NCBI GenBank assembly: GCA_020725895.1
Contig: DYTO01000006.1
Location: 17,725 to 41,724, forward strand
Direction: 5' to 3'
Length of the DNA: 24,000 nt
From: Candidatus Hadarchaeum sp.
Lineage (GTDB): Archaea; Hadarchaeota; Hadarchaeia; Hadarchaeales; Hadarchaeaceae
Notes under the pieces: generated by a model
What the model was told of the DNA's origin: nothing
The model's input: the letters and a program-made list of their open reading frames with translations, nothing else
Database searches by the model: none
Shown here: piece by piece, positions 8,090 to 15,611 of the stretch
How positions within the stretch are numbered: the stretch's first letter is position 1
Layout of the letters: every line of letters starts with the position of its first letter
Program-made: the position numbers and the translations under genes

Positions 8090-9408
8090 GGCGTGAGGCG
8101 GCTGCGGTCGCGAGGGAACAGAACGCATTCACGCACGTTGTCCATACCTGTCAATACCATCGTAAATCTATCGAGACCAAGCCCCCAACCCGAGTGGGGC
8201 GCCAACCCGTAGCGATAGCTCAGAAGATGCGATTCGAAGTTTTCAGGGTTGAGCCCCTTTTCCCTCAACTGCTTCACGAGAAGATCCGGCTGGTGAACGC
8301 GTGTCCCTCCGGAGGCCAGCTCTAACTCGCCGTACATCAGGTCGAAAGATTCTGTAATTTTTGGATTGTCTTTTTTCGGCATAGTGTAGAAAGGCTTGAT
8401 TTCGCTCGGCCAGTCGGTGATGAAGTATGCCTCGCCCACGAGTTCGCCAAGCTTCTTAACGGCAGGCGTCGGCAAGTCCTCCCCCCACGGGATTTTCACC
8501 CCTGCTTTCCCCACCATCTCGATCGCCTCGGTGTAGGTTATGCGCGGGAAATGCTCTCCTGGGACTTTGAGACTGTGTCCGAGTATTTTCAGGTCAGGCT
8601 GGCAATATTTCTCCACATCTGAAAAAGCCTGCCAGACCATCTTTTCCAAAGTGTTCATGACGTCTTCAGCCGTCGCGTATGCCATCTCGATGTCGAACGA
8701 GATTGCCTCGTTTAGATGGCGTGGCGTGTCGTGCTCCTCCGCACGGAAAATCGGCCCGACCTCGAACACACGGTCGAGCGCCCCCGTTAGTACCTCCTTG
8801 TAAAGCTGCGGGCTCTGGCTGAGGAAGGCCTCCCTGTCAAAGTAGGATATCGGGAAAAGGGCCGCGCCGCTCTCGGTTGCGGTAGCGACTATTTTCGGCG
8901 TGTGGACTTCTACGAACCCGCGCGAAAGCAGGTACTGTCGAGAGGCTTGGAGTGCCTTGTTCCTTATACGGAAAATCGCAAGCGCTTGTGGACTCCTCAA
9001 ATCGATCGCGCGTGCGTCGAGCCTCGTGTCCAAGTTCGCTTTCACCCGCCCCATCGGGTCGAGAGGCAGCGGCACTTGCGCAAGATTCAGAATCCTTATC
9101 TCGGAAGGAACGATCTCGACTCCGCGAGGTGCCTGCCTCGCCTTGACGACTTTTCCCCTCACTGCGACAGAAGTTTCCTGCGTCAAGGAGTTTATCTTCG
9201 AGATTATCTCCTCGCCGGACTTGGTTTTGAGCGCCGTTACTTGGACCGCCCCGCCAACATCGTGAAGAACGAAAAATTTTATCCCGCCCAAGTCGCGGAC
9301 GTCGACCACGCGCCCCATGACGACGACTTCCTGGCCCTCCATCTGGTCCGTTATCCTGTTCGAAAGGTGCGTCCTCCGCAGGTTTCCGAGATCGTCGAGT
9401 TTCACCAT
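8086..9408 (-). CDS. aspS: Aspartyl-tRNA synthetase, archaeal type (class IIb)
   Basis: OB-fold N-domain (VVVMGRVVDVRDLGGIKFFVLHDVGG) and class II motifs (FRAEEHDTPRHLNEAISFDIEMAY; GGTRVH; GLGLDR). Start moved to ATG 9408 (MVKLDDLGNLRRTH). It follows GGTGAT directly and a TATTTATT box lies about 30 nt upstream. The track's 9483 start adds 25 non-conserved-looking residues. Confidence 0.85.
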   Translation of the reverse strand: MVKLDDLGNLRRTHLSNRITDQMEGQEVVVMGRVVDVRDLGGIKFFVLHDVGGAVQVTALKTKSGEEIISKINSLTQETSVAVRGKVVKARQAPRGVEIVPSEIRILNLAQVPLPLDPMGRVKANLDTRLDARAIDLRSPQALAIFRIRNKALQASRQYLLSRGFVEVHTPKIVATATESGAALFPISYFDREAFLSQSPQLYKEVLTGALDRVFEVGPIFRAEEHDTPRHLNEAISFDIEMAYATAEDVMNTLEKMVWQAFSDVEKYCQPDLKILGHSLKVPGEHFPRITYTEAIEMVGKAGVKIPWGEDLPTPAVKKLGELVGEAYFITDWPSEIKPFYTMPKKDNPKITESFDLMYGELELASGGTRVHQPDLLVKQLREKGLNPENFESHLLSYRYGLAPHSGWGLGLDRFTMVLTGMDNVRECVLFPRDRSRLTP

Positions 9409-9524
9409 ATCACCTAAATTGGTTAATGGCCTTTCAATAAATACTGTTGTCTTTGTAAAAAGCGCAGACAGATGAGCGTTCATTTTCTCGGAGATTTAGA
9501 CCACCCACTAGCTTGCGCAGTTAG

Positions 9525-9560
9525 AAAAGAAAAAAAAGAAAAAAAAGAAAAAAAATTTTT
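9525..9560 (-). terminator. Oligo-T terminator: T8-C repeated three times on the minus strand, directly after the membrane-protein stop
   Basis: The plus strand reads aaaa g aaaaaaaa g aaaaaaaa g aaaaaaaa ttttt. On the minus strand this is three T8 runs starting 3 nt after TAG (9565-9563). Archaeal termination uses oligo-T tracts. Confidence 0.5.
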
Positions 9561-9562
9561 GC

Positions 9563-9964
9563 CTATATCTTAGACATGTGATGTCGTCCAAGAGTCCTTA
9601 ATGCAAGGACTATTATCGCGGCTGCCGAGAACGTCGCGACGTTCGCCACCATGGAGTTCAACGCCGTTCCGATCGATAGGGCGCCAGCGGTGTTTGCACC
9701 TGCTGTGAACACGTTCATTTTGCTGGCAATCAAAAGTCCAAGGGAGACGACCACTATGACGTAGATCTCTTCCTCGATCTTCTTTGAGGTCGACATGAAG
9801 AATCCTATCAGTAGTCCGAGACCCGAGAATCCAAGCGTTACCAACGTAGCAACGTCGCCAGCGAGACCAATCAAACCGACGGCCAAACCGGCGATTACAG
9901 ACCCAACTAAGCCCAATATGAACAGATACCCTGCAATATGGGACAAATCATCTTTTAGAAGCAC
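9563..9964 (-). CDS. Small integral membrane protein (about 4 TM segments), function unknown
   Basis: 133-aa G/A/L/V-rich ORF with four hydrophobic stretches. The GTG start is preceded by GGAGGT with 6-nt spacing. I recognise no family. Confidence 0.6.
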   Translation of the reverse strand: MLLKDDLSHIAGYLFILGLVGSVIAGLAVGLIGLAGDVATLVTLGFSGLGLLIGFFMSTSKKIEEEIYVIVVVSLGLLIASKMNVFTAGANTAGALSIGTALNSMVANVATFSAAAIIVLALRTLGRHHMSKI

Positions 9965-10033
9965 TTTTTTACCTCCTTTTTTGTATATTATTGATATATC
10001 GCGCCTTTTTTAAATCTTTCGATTATTAGGGGC

Positions 10034-10153
10034 TTAATCTAGATTTATGCGGGAATTGAAATTTTAATCAAGATTTATGCTGAATTTAAAAAGTTAATCA
10101 AGATTTGTTGGAAAATTAAAAATTTAATCAAGATATAACTGAAAACAAAAGGT
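10034..10153. repeat. Four direct repeats with an exact 30-bp period (core TTAATC[T/A]AGAT)
   Basis: Units start at 10034, 10064, 10094 and 10124: ttaatctagatttatgcgggaattgaaatt / ttaatcaagatttatgctgaatttaaaaag / ttaatcaagatttgttggaaaattaaaaat / ttaatcaagatataactgaaaacaaaaggt. A degenerate ttaaatc lies at 10010. Confidence 0.8.
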
Positions 10154-10154
10154 T

Positions 10155-10198
10155 TATAAAAAAAATAAAGGGCCGGCAAGAGTTTACTTCTTCTTGCC
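10155..10198 (-). terminator. Hairpin plus T8 terminator of alba
   Basis: The minus strand reads GGCAAGaagaagTAAactCTTGCC, a 6-bp stem spanning the stop codon, followed by GGCCCTTTATTTTTTTTAT. Confidence 0.45.
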
Positions 10199-10471
10199 GA
10201 TGGTTATTTCAATTGTCGAAACGTTTGCTGTGCCGCTTTCACCTTGGACCTGTTCGGTCCCGATGATTATGCTGTCCACGGTCGAATTTTGCAGGAATCT
10301 GTTCCTGAGAATCTCAGCGACGTCGACGGCCCTGCTGATCGCTCTTCCGCGAGCCTTGAGCGTTACCACTCCGGCGCCCGCGTTGAACTGCGTGATTGCC
10401 GCCAAAACATAGTTCATCACTGGTTTCGTCCCGATGAAAACAACGTTTTCTATGCTTTTTTGTTCAGCCAT
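10184..10471 (-). CDS. albA: Chromatin protein Alba (DNA/RNA-binding)
   Basis: [51 protein letters not shown] is a textbook Alba sequence. A strong AAGGAGGA Shine-Dalgarno lies 8 nt before the ATG, and TTTTTAAA lies about 50 nt upstream. Confidence 0.9.
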   Translation of the reverse strand: MAEQKSIENVVFIGTKPVMNYVLAAITQFNAGAGVVTLKARGRAISRAVDVAEILRNRFLQNSTVDSIIIGTEQVQGESGTANVSTIEITIGKKK

Positions 10472-10589
10472 GTTTTCTGTCCTCCTTTGTTTTCTGAGTT
10501 GGTTTGACTGAATTGTTTAAAAACGTTTCGTCGCGGTTGGCGTTGTTAATGTCTTAAAATTTTTTCTACTTTTTTAACAATATTCGGAC

Positions 10590-11261
10590 TTATTCGACAG
10601 ACACATAGAAATCGAAAACTTTATTGAAAGCCGAAGCAAATGTAGGAGGGTCATTCGGGCCGCGATTTTCGGGGACTACATCGTATGGGTAACCATGGCC
10701 GTTTCCACCCGCTTCATCGCTGTGCACCACAACAAAATCCCAATCGAGATTTAATTCCCGTGATTTTTCGGCAGTTCTAAGCACGACTTGTTCATACTCC
10801 CATTCATTGTCCGCATAAGGGTTGTTGAACTCCAAACCCGCCTTCCAGCCAAAACTCTTGATCAGGGCAAACGCTTCTGAATCTGCCAGTTCATGCCAGC
10901 CTTCGGCGTTCTCGAATTGACTGGAATTATCCCAATTCTTGTCAAACTCGATACGGATCCCTTCGAAATTGAGATTTTCGTAACCCCTTGGATCGTTCTC
11001 CATCGTGTTGTCAAGCGCCTCGTAAGCATCCATCCAATCCTTGTTACTATCATAGTCGCGTCTCTGCAAGAGGGCATCGCCCAAATAGAACTTCATCGTC
11101 GGGTATTCCGCCTGGATGGCTTTCATGTATTCCAACGCAACGTATACATTGTTCTGAAGACCGCGCTCGAAATCTCCGGAAATAACACTATGGAGTTTTA
11201 TGAGTATTTCCGGGCGTCCATCGGTGAAGAGTTCGTCACATACATCGTCAATGAGACCCAA
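10590..11261 (-). CDS. Hypothetical acidic, Trp/Tyr-rich protein; possibly the 3' part of a disrupted gene
   Basis: 223-aa ORF with a TTG start (the first ATG is about 45 codons in). Alternating beta-strand-like hydrophobic runs (ILIKLHSVI, VYVALEY, GIRIEF, FALIKSFGW, WDFVVVH) suggest an alpha/beta barrel-type enzyme. I recognise no family. The DNA looks lower in GC than its neighbours by eye. Confidence 0.5.
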   Translation of the reverse strand: MGLIDDVCDELFTDGRPEILIKLHSVISGDFERGLQNNVYVALEYMKAIQAEYPTMKFYLGDALLQRRDYDSNKDWMDAYEALDNTMENDPRGYENLNFEGIRIEFDKNWDNSSQFENAEGWHELADSEAFALIKSFGWKAGLEFNNPYADNEWEYEQVVLRTAEKSRELNLDWDFVVVHSDEAGGNGHGYPYDVVPENRGPNDPPTFASAFNKVFDFYVSVE

Positions 11262-11286
11262 GGCGTACCTGGATGAGCTCCAAACC

Positions 11287-11649
11287 CTAGTTGTCTTCCG
11301 GATAGGTTATCGTATCGGTTCCATCTGACGTCCCATACATCTCCCAAGGCACGAAATCTCCCTTGGTCTCCACCGCATGTATCAACAACTTAACACCGCG
11401 TTCATGCAAGACTGGCAGTATCAACCTCAGGTAAGCCTTGTGGAGCTCTTCGTCACCCATATCGCCGAAGTTGTCTTGCAGCAAGCGCAAAAACTTCCGT
11501 CCCATGCCGTGCTCGGCACCCGTCGTTTTGAACAACTGCTCGTGAAGGAAATAAGCGTCCATGTTGTTCAGAGCCTGGCTCCAATCCTCGTCGTTGTACC
11601 ATCTCGTCAACATGTCGGGGACAAACTCCGGTTCGTCGTCGTTTTCCAT
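11287..11649 (-). CDS. Hypothetical acidic protein; possibly the middle part of the same disrupted gene
   Basis: 120-aa ORF (MENDDEPEFVPDMLTRWYNDEDW...GVKLLIHAVETKGDFVPWEMY) ending in TAG. It is in frame, across a single TGA, with an upstream signal-peptide ORF. It is one +1 shift away from the downstream 223-aa ORF. Confidence 0.5.
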   Translation of the reverse strand: MENDDEPEFVPDMLTRWYNDEDWSQALNNMDAYFLHEQLFKTTGAEHGMGRKFLRLLQDNFGDMGDEELHKAYLRLILPVLHERGVKLLIHAVETKGDFVPWEMYGTSDGTDTITYPEDN

Positions 11650-11685
11650 GTTTACGTAATCGTCATGCTGGAACCATATCTCTGG

Positions 11686-11808
11686 TCATCCCTCAACCGC
11701 GCCACCCTGGTTTGGCCCTGTTTCGTTTTGAATGTATGCTAAGGTTGCTGCAATTGATAAAACAAAAAGTAGCGCCATCATCAAAACTTTTTTTTTCCAT
11801 AACTTCAA
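11686..11808 (-). pseudogene. Orphan signal-peptide ORF (40 codons) ending at an in-frame TGA; likely the 5' end of a broken secreted-protein gene
   Basis: Hand translation from TTG 11808 gives (M)KLWKKKVLMMALLFVLSIAATLAYIQNETGPNQGGAVEG-TGA-PEIWFQHDDYVN-MENDD... This is a classic n-region plus h-region signal peptide. TGA at 11688-11686 is in frame with ATG 11649. The TTG overlaps the hcp stop (TTGA). Confidence 0.4.
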
Positions 11809-13457
11809 CCGAGTATTTCCTTTAGGTCATAATCCGCCCGGCCAATCGGCTTCAGTCCGAACTCCTTTACCAGCACGTCAAGCACATTCGGCGTCACGAA
11901 TGCGGGAAGAGACGGCCCCAGCCGGATATCCTTGACCCCGAGATAAAGCAAGGTCATCAGGATCGCCACCGACTTCTGCTCGTACCATGAGATTATGAAT
12001 GACATAGGCAACTCGTTTATGCTGATCCTTAACCTCTCGGACAAAATGCTCGCGAATCTAATCGCCGAGTACGCGTCGTTGCACTGGCCGGCATCGATAA
12101 GTCTTGGAATTCCATCGATTTCGCCCAAGTCCAGATGATTGAACTTGAACTTCCCGCAAGCAAACGTAATGACGATGCAGTCTTTAGGCAGCCTCTCCAC
12201 GAATTCCGTGTAGTAGTTGCGCTCGGGTTTCACCCCATCGCACCCCGCGACCACGAATATGCGCCTGATTTTCCCGCCCTTCACGTGTTCGATTATCTTG
12301 TCCGCGACCTCGCTCAGGGATTCGTGCCCGTACCCGACAGTTATGTTCTTGCCATCCGCGTCTTTGGAGAAGCCAGGCATCTCGAGCGCCTTCCCGATGG
12401 CTGGCGTGAAATCCTTGTCAGCCATGTGCCTCGTTCGCGGCCACCCAACCGCCCCCGCAGTGAAGATGTTGTCGCGGTAGGATTCGAGCGGCTTCTGGAG
12501 GCAGTTCGTGGTCATCACGATTGCGCCCGGGAATTTCGGGAATTCCTTCCACTGGTTCTGCCAGGCCGTCCCGTAATGGCCGTAGAAGTGCTTGAACTTC
12601 TTGAGATTAGGATAGCCGTGGGTCGGTAGCATCTCGCCATGCGTGTAGACATAAATCCCCTTCCCCTCGCTCTGTTCCAGGATTTTCTCCAAGTCCGCCA
12701 GGTCGTGCCCGGAGACGAGGATCGCCTTCCCCTTCTTGTGGCCGAGCGGGACCTTTGTGGGAACCGGTGCACCGTACGTCCCGGCGTTGCCGGCGTCCAG
12801 TAGCTCCATCGCCCTGAGGTTGATTTCGCCGGACTTGAGAACAATCGCCAGCCACTCCTGCAGAGGAAGTTTGTTTTCGACTATCTTGGTCAAAGCGTGG
12901 TGGAAAAATCCGTAAACGGCGTCGTCCTCCTGGCCGAGTATCTGCGCATGGTGGGTATATGCCGCGATTCCCCCTAGGGAGAATACAACAGTATCCTGAA
13001 GGGACTTGATGTCGGGATCATTGGCAGACCGGGCCGAAGTCCACATAACTTCCTTTCCCTGCCCGACCATCCCTTCCAAAGTGGCGGCCGGGAAGAAGTT
13101 CTCTGGCCCACCTCCGAAGTCCGTTTCCCCGCCCGCCGCAGCGACCTTCTTCTTGAGCGCCTCGCGCAGTTCCACGGCGCGGTTGACGTAGGCGAAGAAC
13201 CTTTCGGGGTCGAAATTGACGTTCGTGAGCGTCGTGAAAAGCGCTTCCGCGGTGAACCTGTTGACTTCCTGATCGACCATCCCGACCCTCCGCCCCTCCG
13301 AGGCCACGACGGAGAGCCCCTTCAAAGCGTGGGTGAGGAGATCCTGGAGGACTGCCACGTCGGCCAGCTTCCCGCACACCCCGGCCACGGTGCAGCCCTT
13401 TCCCTTTGATGTCTGTTCACACTGATAGCAAAACAAGCAAATCCTCTCGAAATCCAT
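11805..13457 (-). CDS. hcp: Hybrid cluster protein / hydroxylamine reductase
   Basis: N-terminal cluster motif CYQCEQTSKGKGCTVAGVCGK. The full-length 550 aa carries typical Hcp blocks (GHDLADLEKILEQ, VYTHGEMLPTHGYP, MTTNC, LDLGEIDGIPRLIDAGQCNDAYSAI). Confidence 0.9.
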   Translation of the reverse strand: MDFERICLFCYQCEQTSKGKGCTVAGVCGKLADVAVLQDLLTHALKGLSVVASEGRRVGMVDQEVNRFTAEALFTTLTNVNFDPERFFAYVNRAVELREALKKKVAAAGGETDFGGGPENFFPAATLEGMVGQGKEVMWTSARSANDPDIKSLQDTVVFSLGGIAAYTHHAQILGQEDDAVYGFFHHALTKIVENKLPLQEWLAIVLKSGEINLRAMELLDAGNAGTYGAPVPTKVPLGHKKGKAILVSGHDLADLEKILEQSEGKGIYVYTHGEMLPTHGYPNLKKFKHFYGHYGTAWQNQWKEFPKFPGAIVMTTNCLQKPLESYRDNIFTAGAVGWPRTRHMADKDFTPAIGKALEMPGFSKDADGKNITVGYGHESLSEVADKIIEHVKGGKIRRIFVVAGCDGVKPERNYYTEFVERLPKDCIVITFACGKFKFNHLDLGEIDGIPRLIDAGQCNDAYSAIRFASILSERLRISINELPMSFIISWYEQKSVAILMTLLYLGVKDIRLGPSLPAFVTPNVLDVLVKEFGLKPIGRADYDLKEILG

Positions 13458-13501
13458 TCAGTTGAGTTCGCAAAAAGCTTGCGGTGTAACCCGGCTTCAA
13501 A

Positions 13502-13915
13502 TCACTTTTTTGGTGAAGCCCCGCGTTTTCTGTACATGTCCGCCATCCTTTGTTCGACCCGTGCCCGGAACTCTTCTTTTTCCAAATCCCCCCTCTTGAA
13601 ACTTGAAAAGTCAAAAAGGTCGTCCGTAAGGTGATCGGCGGTGTCCAGGTCCAAAACGCCCGCCAAGAGCGCAAGTTTGATGGTGAAAAACGCGCGAAAG
13701 ACGGAATCACGCCCGCGGTTATAGCATTTCCAAGCGCCGGGTTGCTGAATTTTCAGAACTTCCGCCACTTCGTCGAATGTCGCGTCCTCTTTTGACGAGT
13801 GAAAAAGGAGCGCTTTAAATGTCTTTTCCCTGAAATAAGACTGTTTTAGGAGCTCTTGTGCAAGGAGGCTTTCCTTCAACCAAGCCTCTGATTTGGCGAA
13901 TTCATCGTTCGTCAT
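13502..13915 (-). CDS. Small helix-turn-helix protein (sigma70-region-4-like HTH), function unknown
   Basis: 137 aa. REKTFKALLFHSSKEDATFDEVAEVLKIQQPGAWKCYNRGRDSVFRAF fits the pattern L..r....L.....s..EiA..l.i....v......R....l of region-4/LuxR-type HTHs. It has its own TTTATA box about 35 nt upstream, overlapped by a perfect palindrome. Only 44 nt separate its stop from the hcp start. Confidence 0.55.
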   Translation of the reverse strand: MTNDEFAKSEAWLKESLLAQELLKQSYFREKTFKALLFHSSKEDATFDEVAEVLKIQQPGAWKCYNRGRDSVFRAFFTIKLALLAGVLDLDTADHLTDDLFDFSSFKRGDLEKEEFRARVEQRMADMYRKRGASPKK

Positions 13916-13926
13916 GCGATTTCAGA

Positions 13927-13949
13927 ATACTTCCAATTTTTGGAAGTAT
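13927..13949. promoter_or_regulatory. Perfect palindrome ATACTTCCAA-ttt-TTGGAAGTAT overlapping the TATA box of the small HTH gene (candidate operator)
   Basis: Arms at 13927-13936 and 13940-13949 are exact reverse complements. On the minus strand GATTTATAC (13954-13946) overlaps one arm, and the ATG is at 13915. Confidence 0.5.
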
Positions 13950-13974
13950 AAATCTATCGGATAAGCGGCGTTTT

Positions 13975-14847
13975 TCATGGTTTGAAGAATCTTGCGAACC
14001 TGGATACCTTGTTTGCCCTCTTGACTATGCGGGAGTCGATTGGGGAGTCCAATTGTGCCGCCTGGCGGAGGGATTTGCTCGCCACTTTGAGTACCGCCCT
14101 TGGTATCCCCTTGCTTATCCTGCGTATTTCCTTGTACCCGTCCGGCGTTATCATCCCGTCCTGGGTTGAATAGCCCGCGTACTTCAGGCGGTACTGAATC
14201 AACTCCTTGACGCCGACCTCGTCAAGGCCGGTAATCGCTATGTGAATCTGTACCCTGTCGCGCAGAGCGGGGACTTTCCCTAGGAATCTCATCACCTGCT
14301 TGTATTCTCCGTTGAAAAGTACCGAAATATTGGGCAAATCGGCCAAAACTCTAAGAAATTCACCTATTTCTTGAAAATCAGCCGTACTTTCAGGCACATC
14401 ATCGATAATAATGGCTAATTTTTCCCTATGTTCGATTCCCCACCTCCTGAGGACGTCAAACAGGGTCGCCGAGTCCTTGCTAGAGTCGAGTTCAATTGCG
14501 AGGATGATTGCACGCAGGAACTCGTCCGCCGACTTGTACGCAGCGCCGTGGATCAGGACAGGTATCGCCTGCTTTTCAGGGTCCGAAGTCAAGACGCTTT
14601 CCTCGCGGAGCGCGGCAGTAAGGAATTCGCAGATAGTGGTCTTGCCCATCCCAAGGCCGCCCGTCAGCATGCCGACCTTCCCTTCGAGAAGCATCCTCTT
14701 TAGCTTTAGCATGTCAGTCGGCTGGATTGGGACGAATGCGTCCGGCGTCGGGAGCTCCGTCGAGAACGGGTCCTTTTGCAGCCCCCATTTTTTGAGATAT
14801 TCCTCGAAGCGGTAATCCTTGCCGAGCTTGTCCTCCCACAACGTCAT
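13975..14847 (-). CDS. AAA+ P-loop ATPase of the ExeA/GspA/TniB (AAA_22) type
   Basis: Start moved to ATG 14847 (MTLWEDKLGK), which forms an ATGA overlap with the upstream stop and sits 7 nt after GGAGGTG. Motifs are N-terminal WGLQKDPFS, Walker A LTGGLGMGKTT, Walker B KLAIIIDDV and the lid ISKGIPRAVLKVA. Confidence 0.75.
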   Translation of the reverse strand: MTLWEDKLGKDYRFEEYLKKWGLQKDPFSTELPTPDAFVPIQPTDMLKLKRMLLEGKVGMLTGGLGMGKTTICEFLTAALREESVLTSDPEKQAIPVLIHGAAYKSADEFLRAIILAIELDSSKDSATLFDVLRRWGIEHREKLAIIIDDVPESTADFQEIGEFLRVLADLPNISVLFNGEYKQVMRFLGKVPALRDRVQIHIAITGLDEVGVKELIQYRLKYAGYSTQDGMITPDGYKEIRRISKGIPRAVLKVASKSLRQAAQLDSPIDSRIVKRANKVSRFARFFKP

Positions 14848-15611
14848 TTGACCACCTCCACGGTCAGCTCGTACCCGAGTTCCGTTTTTCTGATATATCC
14901 CAGGCTTTCCATTCTCTCTAGAAACGTTTTGGCCACGATGTCCGAGCATTTTGCCCTGGATAAGAGGTCTTGGACCGTGAATTTCTTAAAAACAGTCATT
15001 GCAGAGAGTATTTCGCCAAAAGCAGCCCTTTGGGCAATTCCAGATGGAGAAAGGGCGTCTAAAATGGCGCTTCTCGTGATTTGGTTCGTGGGAACGACGG
15101 GTTTTGGTGCCTCATGGACTGCAACTTCATGGAGGGGTGCCGCGAGGAGCAATTTTGTTGTCCTTTCTCGCGATGGGATTTCTTTCGCGTGCAGCTTCGC
15201 ATGGCATTTCTGGCAAAGCGTGGCCAGATTTTCTGGATCGTTGCCGCCGCTATCGTCTTTTTTGTGCACGCCGAGAGGTCCCTTGCTCCCGCACTGCGTG
15301 CATTGGTAATTATCTCGGACTAAAACGGCTTTTTTCACCAAGTCCCAGTCGTCGCTGAGGTTTTTGAAAACGTAGTCCAAAAAAGACGTTTTTTCGTCTT
15401 TAAATTCAGATATGCCTTCTTTAATATCCTTTGTTAGATTTTCGCCACTAATAATACGATTAATTTCAGTTTCAGGTACCTTTCTATGCCCTTTTCCAAC
15501 TCGAATAGTGATGATATTTCCCTCCTTTTCCCACTTTCGGATCGTGTTTGGGTGCACTCCGAGTAGTGAGGAGGCCTTATACATTTTTCCATGTGCTTCC
15601 ATTTGCTCCAC
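14844..15611 (-). CDS. Three-module nuclease: excisionase/MerR-type HTH + HNH endonuclease + C-terminal winged-helix-like domain
   Basis: HTH: YKASSLLGVHPNTIRKWEKEGNIITIRVGKGHRKVPETEINRI. HNH: VLVRDNYQCTQCGSKGPLGVHKKDDSGGNDPENLATLCQKCHAKLH. Tail: VAKTFLERMESLGYIRKTELGYELTVE. Possible starts are GTG 15611, ATG 15602 (after GGTGGAG) or ATG 15584. A CTTTTATA box lies at 15650-15643. Confidence 0.75.
   Translation of the reverse strand: MEQMEAHGKMYKASSLLGVHPNTIRKWEKEGNIITIRVGKGHRKVPETEINRIISGENLTKDIKEGISEFKDEKTSFLDYVFKNLSDDWDLVKKAVLVRDNYQCTQCGSKGPLGVHKKDDSGGNDPENLATLCQKCHAKLHAKEIPSRERTTKLLLAAPLHEVAVHEAPKPVVPTNQITRSAILDALSPSGIAQRAAFGEILSAMTVFKKFTVQDLLSRAKCSDIVAKTFLERMESLGYIRKTELGYELTVEVVK

Noticed and set aside
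10034-10153. Possible mini-CRISPR array
   Set aside because: The conserved core is only 11-17 nt within a 30-bp period. That leaves 13-19 nt A/T-rich 'spacers' which also resemble one another. There are only four units and no adjacent cas genes, so this is not CRISPR-like.
9965-10183. Possible replication origin (A/T-rich with repeats)
   Set aside because: No orc1/cdc6 gene is adjacent. The repeats are direct rather than the dyad ORB/mini-ORB type I know. The position fits a promoter-upstream array instead. It remains only a minor alternative in the repeat finding.
11686-11688. In-frame TGA as selenocysteine, and TAG at 11287-11289 as pyrrolysine
   Set aside because: The context (VEG-TGA-PEIW) is not a redox motif. 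I could not see a convincing SECIS-like hairpin. TGA and TAG both clearly terminate well-supported genes in this window. Reading through the TAG adds only 13 codons before a TGA. A nonsense mutation is the simpler reading.
13975-14847. Orc1/Cdc6 identity for the AAA+ ATPase
   Set aside because: The N-terminal GL...PF motif and the GIPR lid are ExeA/TniB-like. The protein is short (290 aa) and lacks the C-terminal winged-helix domain expected of Orc1/Cdc6.
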